In this document: piece after piece, positions 11,719-24,914 of the stretch
How positions within the stretch are numbered: position 1 is the stretch's first letter
Layout of the letters: the number at the start of each line of letters is the position of its first letter
NCBI GenBank assembly: GCA_964016885.1
Contig: OZ024743.1
Span: 86,552,001 to 86,616,000, forward strand
Length of the DNA: 64,000 bases
Origin: Eledone cirrhosa
Taxonomy: Eukaryota
Direction: 5' to 3'
Made by a program: the position numbers and the translations under genes
The notes under the pieces: model-generated
Database searches by the model: none
Told to the model about the DNA's origin: nothing
What the model saw: only the letters and a program-made list of their open reading frames with translations

Positions 11719-11835
11719 GCTATATTGAAGTGTCGCCGCTACAAGAACAAAGAGTTAAAAATCAAATGGTACACACCAGCTGCTCCTACAGTTACTAATA
11801 GTATTGATACATCATCTGCTGATCTTGATGATTCT
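11719..11835 (+). CDS. RBM26: RBM26/27-like exon (end of RRM2)
   Basis: ctgactag acceptor, gtaagg donor, 117 nt, phase 0/0. AILKCRRYKNKELKIKWYTPAAPTVTNSIDTSSADLDDS fits the family pattern F/YKG..LK..W..P. Not in the ORF track. Confidence 0.88.
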
Positions 11836-12383
11836 GTAAGGATTTCTTTTCTTGTCTCTTTGATATTATTGTTTTAATCCTTTTGTTACTAGACTGCCTG
11901 AAACTGTCCTTGGTTTGACAATACAAAACTTTGCTTTCTACTATTTATATCTCTATCTAAAAGCCTTTCATCATAATAAGAACATTTGTTATGTTCCAAA
12001 CTCCAAGTTAATGGCCTCAGATTCTCGGTTATTTTTCAAAATTGTTTGAAAAATCAAATATGGGAATGAAATGGTTAAAGTGTTTATATTTATCTAAAAA
12101 CCTTCCATTAAAAATTCATTTAAGAACCTTTACTGTGTCTTGAACACCAGCTTAATAATTTCCAATGTTAGAAAGAATTATTTATTAAGCTGGTGTTTGG
12201 AACATAACAAAAGTCCCTACAAAACAATGTAAAGGAAGGTGTACTTTAAATAGAAACAAGGCCAGTTTCAGGTGATTTGGTATCAAAAACGCTAAATGTA
12301 TACACCAATACATAATGTTTAGTACTTTGAATGCTAAACAATAAAATTATAGACAAGACATACAATTTTATGTTGAATATGAA

Positions 12384-12600
12384 TCATCACCATCATCACC
12401 ATTTATTGTCTATTTTTCATGCCTGCTTGGGTTAGCTGGGTTGACACATACTGAGGCTTGACTGGTCAGGTAACTACGTCCTGCTCTTACTCTGTTTTTG
12501 ACTTGGTTTCTTAGGCTGGATGCCCTTCTTAATGCCTACCGCTTTATTATGTGTACTGGCAGCATTTTATTGTAACACCAGCACCATCACCTTACTAGGT
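12384..12600 (-). mobile_element. Antisense RTE 3' tail at the root of the 48-bp array
   Basis: (CAT)n-like tail and ggctggatgcccttc, the reverse complement of the RTE tail motif. Confidence 0.75.
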
Positions 12601-14085
12601 GGACTGGGTACTTTTTGTTGTGGCACCAACACTACTACATTACAGGGTAGACTGGGTGTTTTTTGTTGTGGTACCAACACTACTACATTACAGGGTAGAC
12701 TGGGTGCTTTTTGTTGTGGTACCAACACTACTACATTACAGGGTAGACTAGGTGCTTTTTGTTGTGGCACCAACACTACTACATTACAGGGTAGACTAGG
12801 TGTTTTTTGTTGTGGCACCAACACTACTACATTACAGGGTAGACTGGGTGTTTTTTGTTGTGGTACCAACACTACTACATTACAGGGTAGACTGGGTGCT
12901 TTTTGTTGTGGTACCAACACTACTACATTACAGGCTAGACTAGGTGTTTTTTGTTGTGGTACCAACACTACTACATTACAGGGTAGACTAGGAGCTTTTT
13001 GTTGTGGTACCAACACTACTACATTACAGGGTAGACTAGGTGCTTTTTGTTGTGGTACCAACACTACTACATTACAGGGTAGACTAGGTGCTTTTTGTTG
13101 TGGCACCAACACTACTACATTACAGGGTAGACTAGGTGTTTTTTGTTGTGGCACCAACACTACTACATTACAGGGTAGACTGGGTGTTTTTTGTTGTGGT
13201 ACCAACACTACTACATTACAGGGTAGACTGGGTGCTTTTTGTTGTGGTACCAACACTACTACATTACAGGGTAGACTAGGTGTTTTTTGTTGTGGCACCA
13301 ACACTACTACATTACAGGGTAGACTAGGTGTTTTTTGTTGTGGTACCAACACTACTACATTACAGGGTAGATTAGGTGCTTTTTGTTGTGGTACCAACAC
13401 TACTACATTACAGGGTAGACTAGGTGTTTTTTGTTGTGGCACCAACACTACTACATTACAGGGTAGACTAGGTGTTTTTTGTTGTGGCACCAACACTACT
13501 ACATTACAGGGTAGACTAGGTGTTTTTTGTTGTGGTACCAACACTACTACATTACAGGGTAGACTAGGTGTTTTTTGTTATGGTACCAACACTACTACAT
13601 TACAGGGTAGACTAGGTGTTTTTTGTTGTGGCACCAACACTACTACATTACAGGCTAGACTAGGTGTTTTTTGTTGTGGTACCAACACTACTACATTACA
13701 GGGTAGACTAGGTGCTTTTTGTTGTGGTACCAACACTACTACATTACAGGGTAGACTAGGTGTTTTTTGTTGTGGCACCAACACTACTACATTACAGGGT
13801 AGACTAGGTGTTTTTTGTTGTGGCACCAACACTACTACATTACAGGGTAGACTAGGTGTTTTTTGTTGTGGCACCAACACTACTACATTACAGAGTAGAC
13901 TAGGTGTTTTTTGTTGTGGCACCAACACTACTACATTACAGGGTAGACTAGGTGCTTTTTGTCATAGAACCAGCACTACCACCTTACAGTGCAAGCTGGT
14001 GCTTTTTATTGTGACACCAGCACTACCACCTTACAAGGTGAACTGGGTGCTTTTCCTTGTGGCATCACCACCACCACCTTACAAT
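12600..14085. repeat. 48-bp minisatellite (about 28 homogeneous plus about 3 degenerate units) in the last RBM26 intron
   Basis: Unit tggYaccaacactactacattacagggtagactRggtgYtttttgttg. It produces the repetitive 539-aa and 325-aa ORFs. Confidence 0.97.
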
Positions 14086-15447
14086 TACAAACAAAAACAC
14101 CTCCAACTATATATTTTACAAAAAGAAGTTATACAATAATGGAAATATGAAAAAGAAATATAAAACCAAAATTAAGTAATGAAAATAGGGCAGAAGGGGT
14201 AAAGAAGGACAGGTCTGGTTGTATGGGAAAGTAGAGGAAAGGACTATAAATTCCATTAATGAGAGGAAAAGGAGGGAAAAAGTAAGGGAGGGAGAAGAGG
14301 TGATGGGCTCTGTGCTCAAAGCGGGATAGTGGAAAATATACTTTAGATTATGTTGTCTTTACTAAGCAAAGGTGGTGCTCTTCCAATTAAAACCTACAAG
14401 CATTGCGTTGTAATTGTATTTGCTCCAGTTTTCCTGACAGAACTGGACCAAACCAAACCAAACCGGTTCCTGTAGTTGTTTACTTCACAGATGAGTGGTT
14501 AATACTAGCTGTAGCAGCACCATCAAACATCATCCACCGTTAAAGCAATTGCTTCAACTATAATAGATTCACCCATGCAAGCACGCAATGTATGTGTGTG
14601 TTTGTGTATGTATATGTACGTGTGTGTATGTATGTATCATCTTTTTTGCGTCGATTTTTCCATGGCAGCATGGGTTAGACAGAATTTTTTGAGAGGCAAT
14701 CTTTTACAACTGGATATCTCTCTTGATAGCAACCAATTTAGTTACTTTTTACTACACACAGATTATATATATATATATATAAATAAATATATATATATAT
14801 ATATATGTGTGTGGTTATCGGTGTTTAATGTCTGCTTTATCATGCTAGTGTAGGTTGGACAAGTTGTCAACTTCTGAGATGAAACAAACCAGAGGACCAT
14901 CTCTTGCTCATATGTTCTATTTTGGCATGAATTCTACATCTAGATGCCTTCCTACTGCCAACCACTTTACGGTGTATACTGGACTCATCTTAACATGGCA
15001 CCTATACTACCACTTTACTGAGTGGACTGGGTGTTTGTTTATATGCAATGGCATCAAACCACATTACCAAGGCACTCTTGATAGAATAACTCTAACTGCT
15101 TAACCCTCTAGCATTTACATTACTGTATATTTACTGTATTTTCTCACATATTTATTGTATTTTCTCACATAATATCGAATATATGTGATTTTGATATTAT
15201 TTAATTTGGGAACAATACCTTAACATTAGTATGAGTGGCCAGTTACGACTGGTTTGAAAAAAAAGAGGATATGGCCAGTTTAAATGCCAGTTTTAAAATG
15301 ATGATGATATGAAGTTTAGGTGAAATTTTCCAACTATCTTCATAGTAGCACATAGAAGAGGGTGTGATGAAATTTAGTTTACCTTAACAGAAAACAACAA
15401 TGACAATGAGGCAAAAGAATTTAATGTGAGTTGTCTTCATTTTTCAG

Positions 15448-15561
15448 TTTGCCCAGTCCCCACTGGAATGTACAGAGTTCACCGACCTGGAAGTAGGAGA
15501 GCTGTTGGGTGCTGATGATGAAGATGATGAAGATGAAGAAAGCCGTTCATGGAGGAGATAA
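15448..15561 (+). CDS. RBM26: RBM26/27-like last coding exon
   Basis: ttttcag acceptor. FAQSPLECTEFTDLEVGELLGADDEDDEDEESRSWRR*: an acidic tail plus the conserved RSWRR C-terminus of RBM26/RBM27. Confidence 0.95.
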   Translation, partial: FAQSPLECTEFTDLEVGELLGADDEDDEDEESRSWRR

Positions 15562-16330
15562 TAACAAACAGATGATGGAGTTTTTATATACATATATATA
15601 TATTTCTCCCCACCCCTTACACCACTACTACTACCACCTGCCTGTTTCTATAGCACCACTTTTCTGTACAGTTGTAATGTTCTTAAAAAAAAGATAAGGA
15701 AAAATACAGAATTTATAAGAACATTCTTTTTCTTTCTGTCTTTGAAAACAAAACAAAACTGAATTTTTTTTTTCTTTTTTTTTTAAATTCACTAGTTGGT
15801 CCACAGTGGTTGGTTGTCCACTCTCCACTCCCCACAAATGACCAGTTAAACCCCTTAAAGATTTAGTTGTCCCCACAATGACCTGTCCCCTCAAGGATCT
15901 GGTTTTCATTACAATGTCCAGTTGTTCTCCACAACGTTCAGTCCCCCACAATGACAGCATAACATTTTGGGGGGGTTCTGACAACTCTCTACTTAAGGGA
16001 AAAAAAAATTTTCCTTTTTTTTTTTAAAGTTTAATGGAATTATGTTTTATATTGTTATTTATTTATTTTTTAAATTTCATTTAACTCTTGGAAAGTAATG
16101 AGTATTGTTTGGTTTATAGTTATGTTCATGCAGGATATTGGAGGGTGTATACTGTGTATGTATGTGTGTATATGTATGTATGTATGTATGTGTGTGTGTA
16201 TATGTATATGTAATTTTATATATATATATATATATTTGAGACAATTATTTATAGGAGTACTCAATGCATGGGGAGATGCAGAGTGGGTAGAGAGATATGT
16301 ATAATCCCAGGATTTTACACTTCTCTCTCT

Positions 16331-16367
<37 letters not shown>

Positions 16368-16741
16368 CACATACACACACACACACACACACATAAGGCA
16401 GCAATTTGGTAGTCATTTATGCTCTGAATTCAAATCCTGCTACGGTCAACTTTACCTTTCATGTTTGGAGGGTGAGTGGGTTACAATACCAGTCCAATGT
16501 GAGGGGTGTTATGGAATGGTATTATGGGGTTGGTAGATTTGTTAAAGAGTGTGGTATCTGATCCAGTTCTGTGTATTAGTGAAATCAAACCCCTTCCTCC
16601 TCCTTTCAGGAGTTGTAACTGGCAGATAGTCTCAGCAATGGAAAGGCCAGTGGAATGATTTTATCATATATATATATATATGCATATACCCATGTTAGCG
16701 TGGAAAATAGATGTTAAACAATGATGATATATACATATATA

Positions 16742-16968
16742 TATAAATTAGAAATAAAAGTTTTCACTAGTTCTGACTAAAGAAATTTTAGCCTGATAGT
16801 GGGATATAGAACCCTCAAAGAAATGGAAAAAGATAACTCATCTTTTTCCATTTCTTTGAGGGTTCTAAACTCTACTATCAGGCTAAAATTTCTTTAGTCA
16901 GAAATACGGTGAAAGCTTCTATTTCTAATTTATAACTTACTTGATGTTTCAAAACATACTTACCTGTC
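16742..16968. repeat. Inverted-repeat element (about 90-bp arms, 5-nt loop)
   Basis: tataaattagaaata...aaaaagat|aactc|atcttttt...tatttctaatttata. Shares atcaggctaaaa..tttagtc(c)agaaata with the family A pLTR. Confidence 0.85.
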
Positions 16969-16987
16969 ATATATATATATATATATA

Positions 16988-17174
16988 CGTTATTCTGAGT
17001 TGAGTCGGAGGTAACTACAGTAAGTAAGGTACTCAATACATTGCAGTGTATAAAAGTTTTAATATAGATGAGATTCTACAGGACTAGAACTGTTTCATTC
17101 TTTAGAAATCATCATGATGATTTCTAAAGAATGAAACAGTTCTAGTCCTGTAGAATCTCATCTATATTAAAACT
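16988..17174 (-). mobile_element. Family B element with a perfect 120-bp palindrome (17055-17174)
   Basis: Two 60-bp arms are exact reverse complements with no spacer; the axis lies between 17114 and 17115. Confidence 0.9.
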
Positions 17175-17351
17175 ATATATATATATATAATGTCCATATG
17201 AGAACTATATATTTTCTAATAAGGCCTGTGCAGATCATGGAGGACAGCAAAACCAAGCTAACAACACCACTTGTGATGAGGGGTGAGAAATGGAGAGAAA
17301 ATACAAGTAGGTTCTAATAGAGAGATTAAACTTAGAATAATCAGTTCTTTA

Positions 17352-17388
<37 letters not shown>

Positions 17389-17407
17389 ATATATAATATA
17401 TATATAT

Positions 17408-17587
17408 GGAGGCACATGGCTTAGTGGTTAGAGCATTGGCCTGTAGAAATGAGATGATAGGGACTGGGGTCCATATCATTCCACTGCAAAGTGGTCGTGA
17501 AGGTGCCACGGCAAAAAAGCACCCAGCACTCACTGTAAATGAGGTTGGTGTTAGGAAGGGCATCCAGCTGTAGAAATCAAGCCAGAA

Positions 17588-17590
<3 letters not shown>
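17408..17590 (+). mobile_element. Internally deleted copy of the RTE-tailed SINE
   Basis: ggaggcacatggcttagtggttagagcattggc joined directly to ctgtagaaatgagatg. Sits within (TA)n. Confidence 0.8.
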
Positions 17591-17634
<44 letters not shown>

Positions 17635-17654
17635 AGATATAGAAATAGATAGAT

Positions 17655-17978
17655 GGATAAACCCTCTAATAGGACGCCACGGTGTAGTACCAAGAGTCTT
17701 ATCCTTTATAGCCTGCTGTTTGAAGGCCCTCGGTTCTTTAATAAGCTGCCAAAAAACCTGAGATCTACATGGTGTGAATGTAGATGTTTTCAAGAAACAT
17801 TTTGACATTCTTCTAACCCAGATCCCAGATGAACCCACAGCATGAGACCAAGTATAAATATGGTGAATTGCAACAAACTCCATTTTATATCAATGGCCAA
17901 CCAAGGAAGTTTGGCTATAGAAAGTTAGCGACAATGGCATGGCCAAACCATGGCCTTAGCCAGTCAGCTGGATCAAGG
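17655..17978 (+). mobile_element. CR1-like LINE 3' fragment
   Basis: Degenerate translation NPLIGRHGVVP...FEGPRFFNKLPKNLR...VDVFKKHFDILLTQIPDEP, typical of the C-terminus of CR1-group ORF2. Confidence 0.7.
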
Positions 17979-18509
17979 TATATACATATTATACATGCGC
18001 ACCAAAGTAGTAAAAAATGTTGCCTCTGATTTAATGGCAGCTTTTATGGTGTGTGCACACACACATTTATTTGCTTGTTTTAACCACCCCCTCCAAATCC
18101 ACATTGGATGACTGCTGTGACTCTGTTTTTGTATTTTTTACTTTTTCCTTTTCTTTTCAAAGTTGGGTGGAGATAATGGGCTTCTTGAAGGTGAACACAA
18201 TTGCTAATGTATGTATTTGTGTGTGTGTATATATATATATATATATAAAAATATATATAAATATATATATATTTTTTTTCCATGCTTGCATGCGTTAGAT
18301 GGTATGTATAAATAATTATATACATGTATCATCATCATATATATATATATATCTGTCTAATTGTAAGCATATGTTAATATGTATTATATATAGATGTATG
18401 TGTATATTTATGTGCATATATGCATACATATACACATTGCAGGTCTATAATATAGAACAATAATAAAAGTCAAGAGCAACTATATATATATTGCTTGATG
18501 ATAACATTT

Positions 18510-19240
18510 TAATGCCATTTTCCTTGCTAACGTAGTGGGTAGCATTGTGGGCCTAGTGTCTAGCTTCACCATTTAGCCCTCTTGTCTGCATCTTTCCTCA
18601 CCAAGCTCCTGACTTTCATTCCCTTCTCCATCTTTAGCCATGTCTTGGAATTTCCCTTCCTCTACTTCCTTCCAAATTCATTTCCATCATTCTTCTCATA
18701 CAGTCACTTTCATTTTTCAACACATGGCCCAACAACCTCATTCCATTTCTCTTCATAGTATTCATCACTGGTTCTAGTCTTCTCACCCTGTCACTTTCAT
18801 CTTTCCCCAACACATAACCCCACCATCTCAATCCATTTCTCTTCACAGCATTCCTCATTGGCTCTATTTTCACCCTGTCACGTTCATCTTTCCACAACAT
18901 ATAACTCCACCCTCTCATTCCACTTCTCTTCACAACATTCATCACTGGTTTTATTCTCGCCATCTTCAGCAGTTTAACTTCTCTTTCAGTACTATGCCAC
19001 TAACTACTGAACCATTCTCATTTCCGTTCATTTTTGCTGCTTCACATTATCACCCATGCTTCACTCCCACAAATCCTGGCACTTCTCACACATACAGCAA
19101 ACCCCTTTATGTTCAGTTTTGGTGACACTCTCTTCCTCATTAGCACATTACTCAATTCCCTGGAATTCTTCCATGCACATCTCACTAGATACTGTTGTTG
19201 AATCAGATTCACCTTCTTTATTCAACATATCTTCTAGGTA
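18510..19240 (-). mobile_element. Old RTE-like RT C-terminal fragment with an internally triplicated ~90-bp segment
   Basis: The ORF at 18634-18963 repeats (I/L)(E/K)P(V/M)MN..KR.G.R..G.VL..DE.DR three times and ends GSRGREIPR, matching LRW.GHV.R...GRGRP. Confidence 0.7.
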
Positions 19241-19585
19241 ACAACCATTCCCAAGATATATATATAATATATATAGATAAATGTATATCATTATCATCAT
19301 TTAATTTATCATCATTTTTCCACACTTGCATCATGGGTTAGACGGGTTTTCATGTTATGTGACAAGTCAGGTGACCACGTCTTGCTCATACAGATCTGTA
19401 TTTCGGTTTGGTTTCTATGGCTGGATGCCTTTCCAAGCACCAATTACATTACCATGCAATCTGGGTGCTTTTTATTGTGACACCAAAATGACCATCTAAC
19501 AGGATGGACTTGGTGCTTTTTCATTGCAGTACCAGCACGACCACCTACAAAGTGGACAGGGTGCTTTTTGTCGTTTCACCAACAT

Positions 19586-19833
19586 GACCACCTTACTGGG
19601 TTGACTGGATATTTTATAATTGAATTCACAATACATAAGTTTGGTACTCAGTTCAGTGTCATATCCACTCAAATTTTCATCTCAACAACAAAGCCTGCGG
19701 TGGGTTTAGACCACCTTACTGGGTTGACTGGATATTTTATAATTGAATTCACAATACATAAGTTTGGTACTCAGTTCAGTGTCATATCCACTCAAATTTT
19801 CATCTCAACAACAAAGCCTGCGGTGGGTTTAGA
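19586..19833. repeat. 123-bp direct tandem duplication
   Basis: The segment gaccaccttactgggttgactgg...ggtgggttta starts at both 19586 and 19709. Confidence 0.95.
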
Positions 19834-20296
19834 AATTGGGACATGACATACATCTTTTTTGAGTCCTTCTTTTTTTACTGTTTTTTCTAACCTGGCATTT
19901 TCTTTGGACATCTTGGTCAAAGTTTTCTCAAGACCTATGTCATCAATTATTTGTAAGTCAGCGAATTGTCAGAGTTGTTAGAACGTTGAATTCATTCTGG
20001 TTCTCTTCACTCCGAGTTCAGATCCTAGCAAAGTCAACTTTGCCCTTTATACTTAGGGTTGATTAAAAAAAAAAATACCAATACTGGGGTTGATTCATTC
20101 TAACTTATTTTCTTTTTTCCTTTTCTGGAAGAAATCTGTGTTGAGACCTGGAGAGGGCATGTACTCCCCCTGAGTTTAAAATGTCCATGACACACCATAT
20201 GCCATGACAATGAGGTTACTCTGACTGTTTTTAAAATGTGACAACCTATCCAACTCATGCCAGTGTGGAAAGTGCATACAAAATGATGATAATAAC

Positions 20297-20334
<38 letters not shown>

Positions 20335-22934
20335 GTTTCAAACATTTGTTCTTGGTATGGTGCACTAACTGTTGTGGAACTTCTACCAAACTCGTCTCAT
20401 GGACTGAATGCTCTACTACTACGGATATAACCCACCAGTGTTCTACTATATATATATATATATATATATATACATACACACACTAACATAAATAGTTAGG
20501 TATCAAAAGGATTAATATATATCTTTTAATTAATCTCACTACTCTTGGCCCCTTCATTTGTTGAAGGTCTGCTTGTACACTGGTCACCATTTCAACAATG
20601 ACTCCTTAACTCTTAATGTTCTGTACTACATAAAATTGCATTAGCAAAACCTTGAAAACTACAAAGCAACACTATGACTGCATAACATCACAAATTAGAA
20701 TCTTTATTTTAGCTCACTGCAAGTTTTTGCAATCATCTGTCTACTATAAACATTTGAATTAACAAACCTGTTTTTAGATATTTTCTACTAAATCATTACA
20801 GCTGTCTATAATTTTTCACTTGATTTTTTAAATAATCAAGAATTTGGAATGATTTAGCCAATTAACTAACTTTCTCATTATGAAGATAGTATCTAGAGTG
20901 GTGGATAGACAGAATCGGTCAAGCATCGAACAAAACATATTGGGGTATTTAGTTACGACTTTCTACATTGAGGCCAACTTTGCTTTTCATCCTTTTGGGG
21001 GTTGATAAAATAAAAGCACCAGTTAAGTACTGGCGTGGGTATAATCAATTTTTTTTCTCCCCCCACAAATTTCTAGCCTTTTTAGAAAGAATTAAGATGT
21101 TGTTTGTAATATAACTTAAAGGTTCTTTCATAGAATTATGATGGAAGATTTTAGATAAATTTAGATACTTTTTAAAATAAACAGTTTTGTATGACAGAAC
21201 AAGGGGGTGATTTCTGGCAGTTTAGTATCGAAGGAGTTTGTGAACAAGTAGGGCAAGTGTGCTTATCTCTCTTTGTGCCACAAGTACGAAAGACAGGCGC
21301 TGACTCTGGGGGTCTTTACTCTAGGACAATCATTAGCCTTGCCCAAATTATTTCTGACTGTTAATGAAGACAAGATGATACAATTGCTTACAGTGGAACC
21401 ATGTTTGGGAGGGAGCTAAGGCACAAAAGGTATACTTTAATAGGCACAAGTTAAAAATAACTTGACTCCAAAATCCTTTTCTTTTTTTTTGTGTGTGTGG
21501 AGGTGGGGTGGTGTTTGTTTTTAATTTTCCCCTCTTCCTCTCCCAGTTGAAAAAAATTAAACAGCAACAAAGAAAATTTTTTTTTTTTAAATTGCAAAAT
21601 TTTTATCTAAATTCCACATTTTGCTGGGATTTTTTGCAAGCCCTATTCTACAAAGGTTTTTTTTAATCACCCACCCATTACATTTTAGTTAAATATAGTA
21701 ACAACAACAGGTGGTAAAAGAAAAAAAAATGTTAATTTTAATAAAATAGAAGTTTCGTTTTAATTACCATTTTTATTTTTTAAATTTTTTTTTCCAAGAA
21801 AAGCATTCTATTTTCCCCATCTGAAGAAAGTAGTTGACTAAATATTCTGGAATTCACACTATATATTCCCATTATTATTGTTATTATTTTTTTAATTTAT
21901 AATTATAAGTATTATTATTAAATGCTGGGGATTGGCAGAATTGCTAGAGCTTCAGAGAAAATGCATTACAGTATTTTATTCTGAAGTCAACTTTGCCTGT
22001 CTTCCTTCTGGGGTTGATAAAATAAAGTACTAGTCAAGTACTGGGGTCGATATAATCAACTTCCCCTCTCCTCAACTTGCTGGCCTTGCGCCTAAATTAT
22101 TGTTATTGTGAACAGTGTAAAGTGATGGCTAAAACTCTGGGTGTGTTAATCTTAAATTTCTGATTCCCAAGTTGTGGCCCATTGGCTTTACCTATGATAC
22201 TAATGCCATTTGAGAAGGCATGAACATCAGTCTCATTTCCTATAGGTCTTGTGCCTCAGTAAAAACCCATCATCATTCTTATTATATTGCTACTTCATTT
22301 CTGATATTTTTTCCATTTGGTTCTGTTTGCCAGTTTCTTTCACTCTCTTTCTCAGATGTATTTAAAAATCAGATTTTATTGTTAAAAAAAACACAAACAA
22401 ACAATTTTCATATATTCCCTTTAATTGTATATTCAGATGAATTAAACCTGATTTCCTTGGAAAAAAAAATAAAATAAAAAGAAAAATAAATGAGAAAAAA
22501 AAGAAAGAAAAAAGAAAACTATTTAAAAAAAGTCACAAAAACCTCCTGCTCTCAATAAAAAAAATATAAAAAGTTTAAGAAAAAAAAGATATCTTTAAAA
22601 AAAATGTTTTTTTTAAAAATAAATATATCTAAAAAAAAATATGAAAAAAAAAAATGTTGATAAAAAAAATGTAAAAAAATATTGAGAGTATGGATTGAGT
22701 TGTTTTTGTTTGTTGGTTTTATCAGGTATTATGGAAAAAAATGGTTCTTTGAAAAATAAGACAAAAAAATATAAAGAAAAAAAAGATAAAAAAAAAGATG
22801 AAAAGGGGAAATAAAAACTGTTGCAATAAAACTGATTGTATAAAAAACAACAAAAAAACATAATATGAAAGTATCTCAAATACTGTTTGTGATATGCGAT
22901 CTTTAATGTATTTTAAATGTGCCTTTATCTATAT

Positions 22935-23295
22935 TAGGTGTAAGTGTATGGCTGTGTTGTAAGGAGTTTGTCTCACAACCACATGGTTTTTGGTTCACTG
23001 CCACTGCTTGGATCCTTGGGCAAGCTGTCTTCTAGCATAGCCTCGGGTTGACCAATCGGTTGTGAGTGGAATTTGGTTGATGGAAACTGCAGAAGCCCAC
23101 CATGTGTATATATAATATATATATATATATATTTTTTTTTTGTGTGTTTCTTTATGTCCTATAACTTAGTGGTTTGTCAAAAAGTGATGGATAAAGTATC
23201 AGACTTGAAGAAAACATATAGAGGTCAATAGGATCATCTTTGAGGCAATGCCCCAGCATGGTCACAGCCTAATGATTGAAGTCAGTTAAAGAATA
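22935..23295 (+). mobile_element. tRNA-derived SINE with CORE-like segment
   Basis: tggctgtgttgtaagg head, ggttcactgcc B-box-like motif, and ccttgggcaag segment. Related copies at about 10838-10975 and 28935-29085. Confidence 0.65.
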
Positions 23296-23966
23296 TGTAT
23301 GGATTTAGTGTGCTCAACAATTAATTATCCGGAGGCTATCAATATGTGAAGACATTGTGTGATTTTTTAGGCTCTGGAACATGGCAATTCTGTATATCCA
23401 AGCTCTCTTGTAGTCCCTGGTAGAGTGAACCTGTGAATTTATTACCATAATCATTTGGATTGCATTCTTTTTCTGTATCTATTCATCTTGGTTATTTAGG
23501 GCTCAACACTTTCATTACCATATTTTTAATGGAAGACACTACTTCTGGTTTTCTAGTTATTTTGAAAATAATCAAGAATTTGGAGATATATAATTTTCTC
23601 ATTATTGAAAGATGATGCAAATTTCTTACATAAAATTATGATTGAAGGTTTTTAGATAAGTATAAATAATTTAATCCTTTTGAAACTATAAGAATTTGAA
23701 GGGAGTTAGTAATATTACTTTTTCATTATTAAGCTGGTGTTTGGAATATAACAGATTCTTACATTCAAATTATCCATAAATATAAACACCTTAGTATTGG
23801 AGAGTCAGGACAGATTTCAAGAAGTTTGGTATGAAAAGGGGGTCCATTTAGCTGCTAAATGGGTCAGGTGTGTAAGACATGGTAGGGAGATGTCTATTGT
23901 TGCAATGAGCACATCAAGTGACAGCATACAAGACAATTTCACAAGCTGATACTAGTCTCATTTTAA

Positions 23967-24193
23967 CCCTTTTCATACTAACCCATCTGAAACCACCCAG
24001 GTTTTATACAAAACTGTCCATTTTAAACTGTCTATACTTATAATAAAACCTTTCATTAAGTTTTTGTTAAATAATGTTTCAAATATTAGTTTACCAATGA
24101 AAAAGATATTTCACTAAATCCTCAAAATCTTTATTTCAACTTAATTGAAACACATTTGCAGTATACTTCATGAGAAGTTCGGTAATAATAGGG
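23967..24193. mobile_element. piggyBac-like MITE (TTAA|CCCT...AGGG|TT(G)A)
   Basis: Termini fit piggyBac rules. Diverged relatives at about 5155-5413, 6548-6740, 11875-12080, 26980-27170 and 29400-29577. Confidence 0.5.
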
Positions 24194-24289
24194 TTGACGA
24201 AGGTCTTGATCTGGAAGATGTCTTCAGTGATTTGTTTTAAACAATTTGATGATATTGATCTAACTTATCTGTGTTTCATTATCCTAGAT

Positions 24290-24530
24290 CAGTGGTTCTC
24301 AACCTTTTTTTTTACCTATAGATCTCTTTGATTCCTATTTTACCCTGGTGGATCCCCCTATTCCTGTCTAAGTCCCATGGGAAAATAAACTTATAATCGT
24401 GCGTGACTTCACCACCACCACTGATTATGGAATTTTTTTACCAATTGCTTTGGTTAGCCGTTTTATAATGTGTACTTTCTCTAAGGCCTAAGATATTTTC
24501 TTTGAAAGCAAAATTTTTTCATGGACCCTT
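24290..24530 (+). mobile_element. hAT/Charlie-like DNA transposon end
   Basis: CAGTGGTTCTCAACC terminus preceded by tcctagat, similar to the Charlie target consensus. The other terminus is not seen. Confidence 0.5.
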
Positions 24531-24914
24531 AATATGGAATGTGTCTTCGTTAAAGAATTGCTTTTATGGATATGGGCTGCCCTGTCAGTAGCTTTTTTTG
24601 AGAATATTTTCTTCTGGAAACTACAAAGAGCTGCCATTCCAGTAACCTTGGTGTCCAATTAGTTTGGTCTTATGTTATGAATATTTTATGTCAACTATAT
24701 TTTACAGACATGTTATACAATGATGGTAATAATAAGAAAAAAAGATAAAAACAAAATTAACAAATGTAAAAAGGGGGAAGGGGTAAAGAGGGGCAAATCT
24801 AGCTGAATGGAAAGGACTATAAATGCCATAAATGAGAAGAAAAGGAGGGAAAGAGCAAGGACTATTAGGCCACAGAAGAAATATAGGGGAGAGGTGACAG
24901 ACTACACTTAGGTC

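Noticed and set aside
12600-13970. CRISPR-like regular array
   Set aside because: Units are contiguous with no unique spacers, there are no cas genes, and the context is eukaryotic.
12520-14139. 539-aa Cys/Thr-rich repeat ORF and antisense 325-aa and 116-aa ORFs
   Set aside because: Artefact of a stop-free 48-bp unit derived from the RTE UTR, lying in an RBM26 intron.
15509-15697. 62-aa ORF MLMMKMMK...
   Set aside because: Wrong frame over the true RBM26 last exon.
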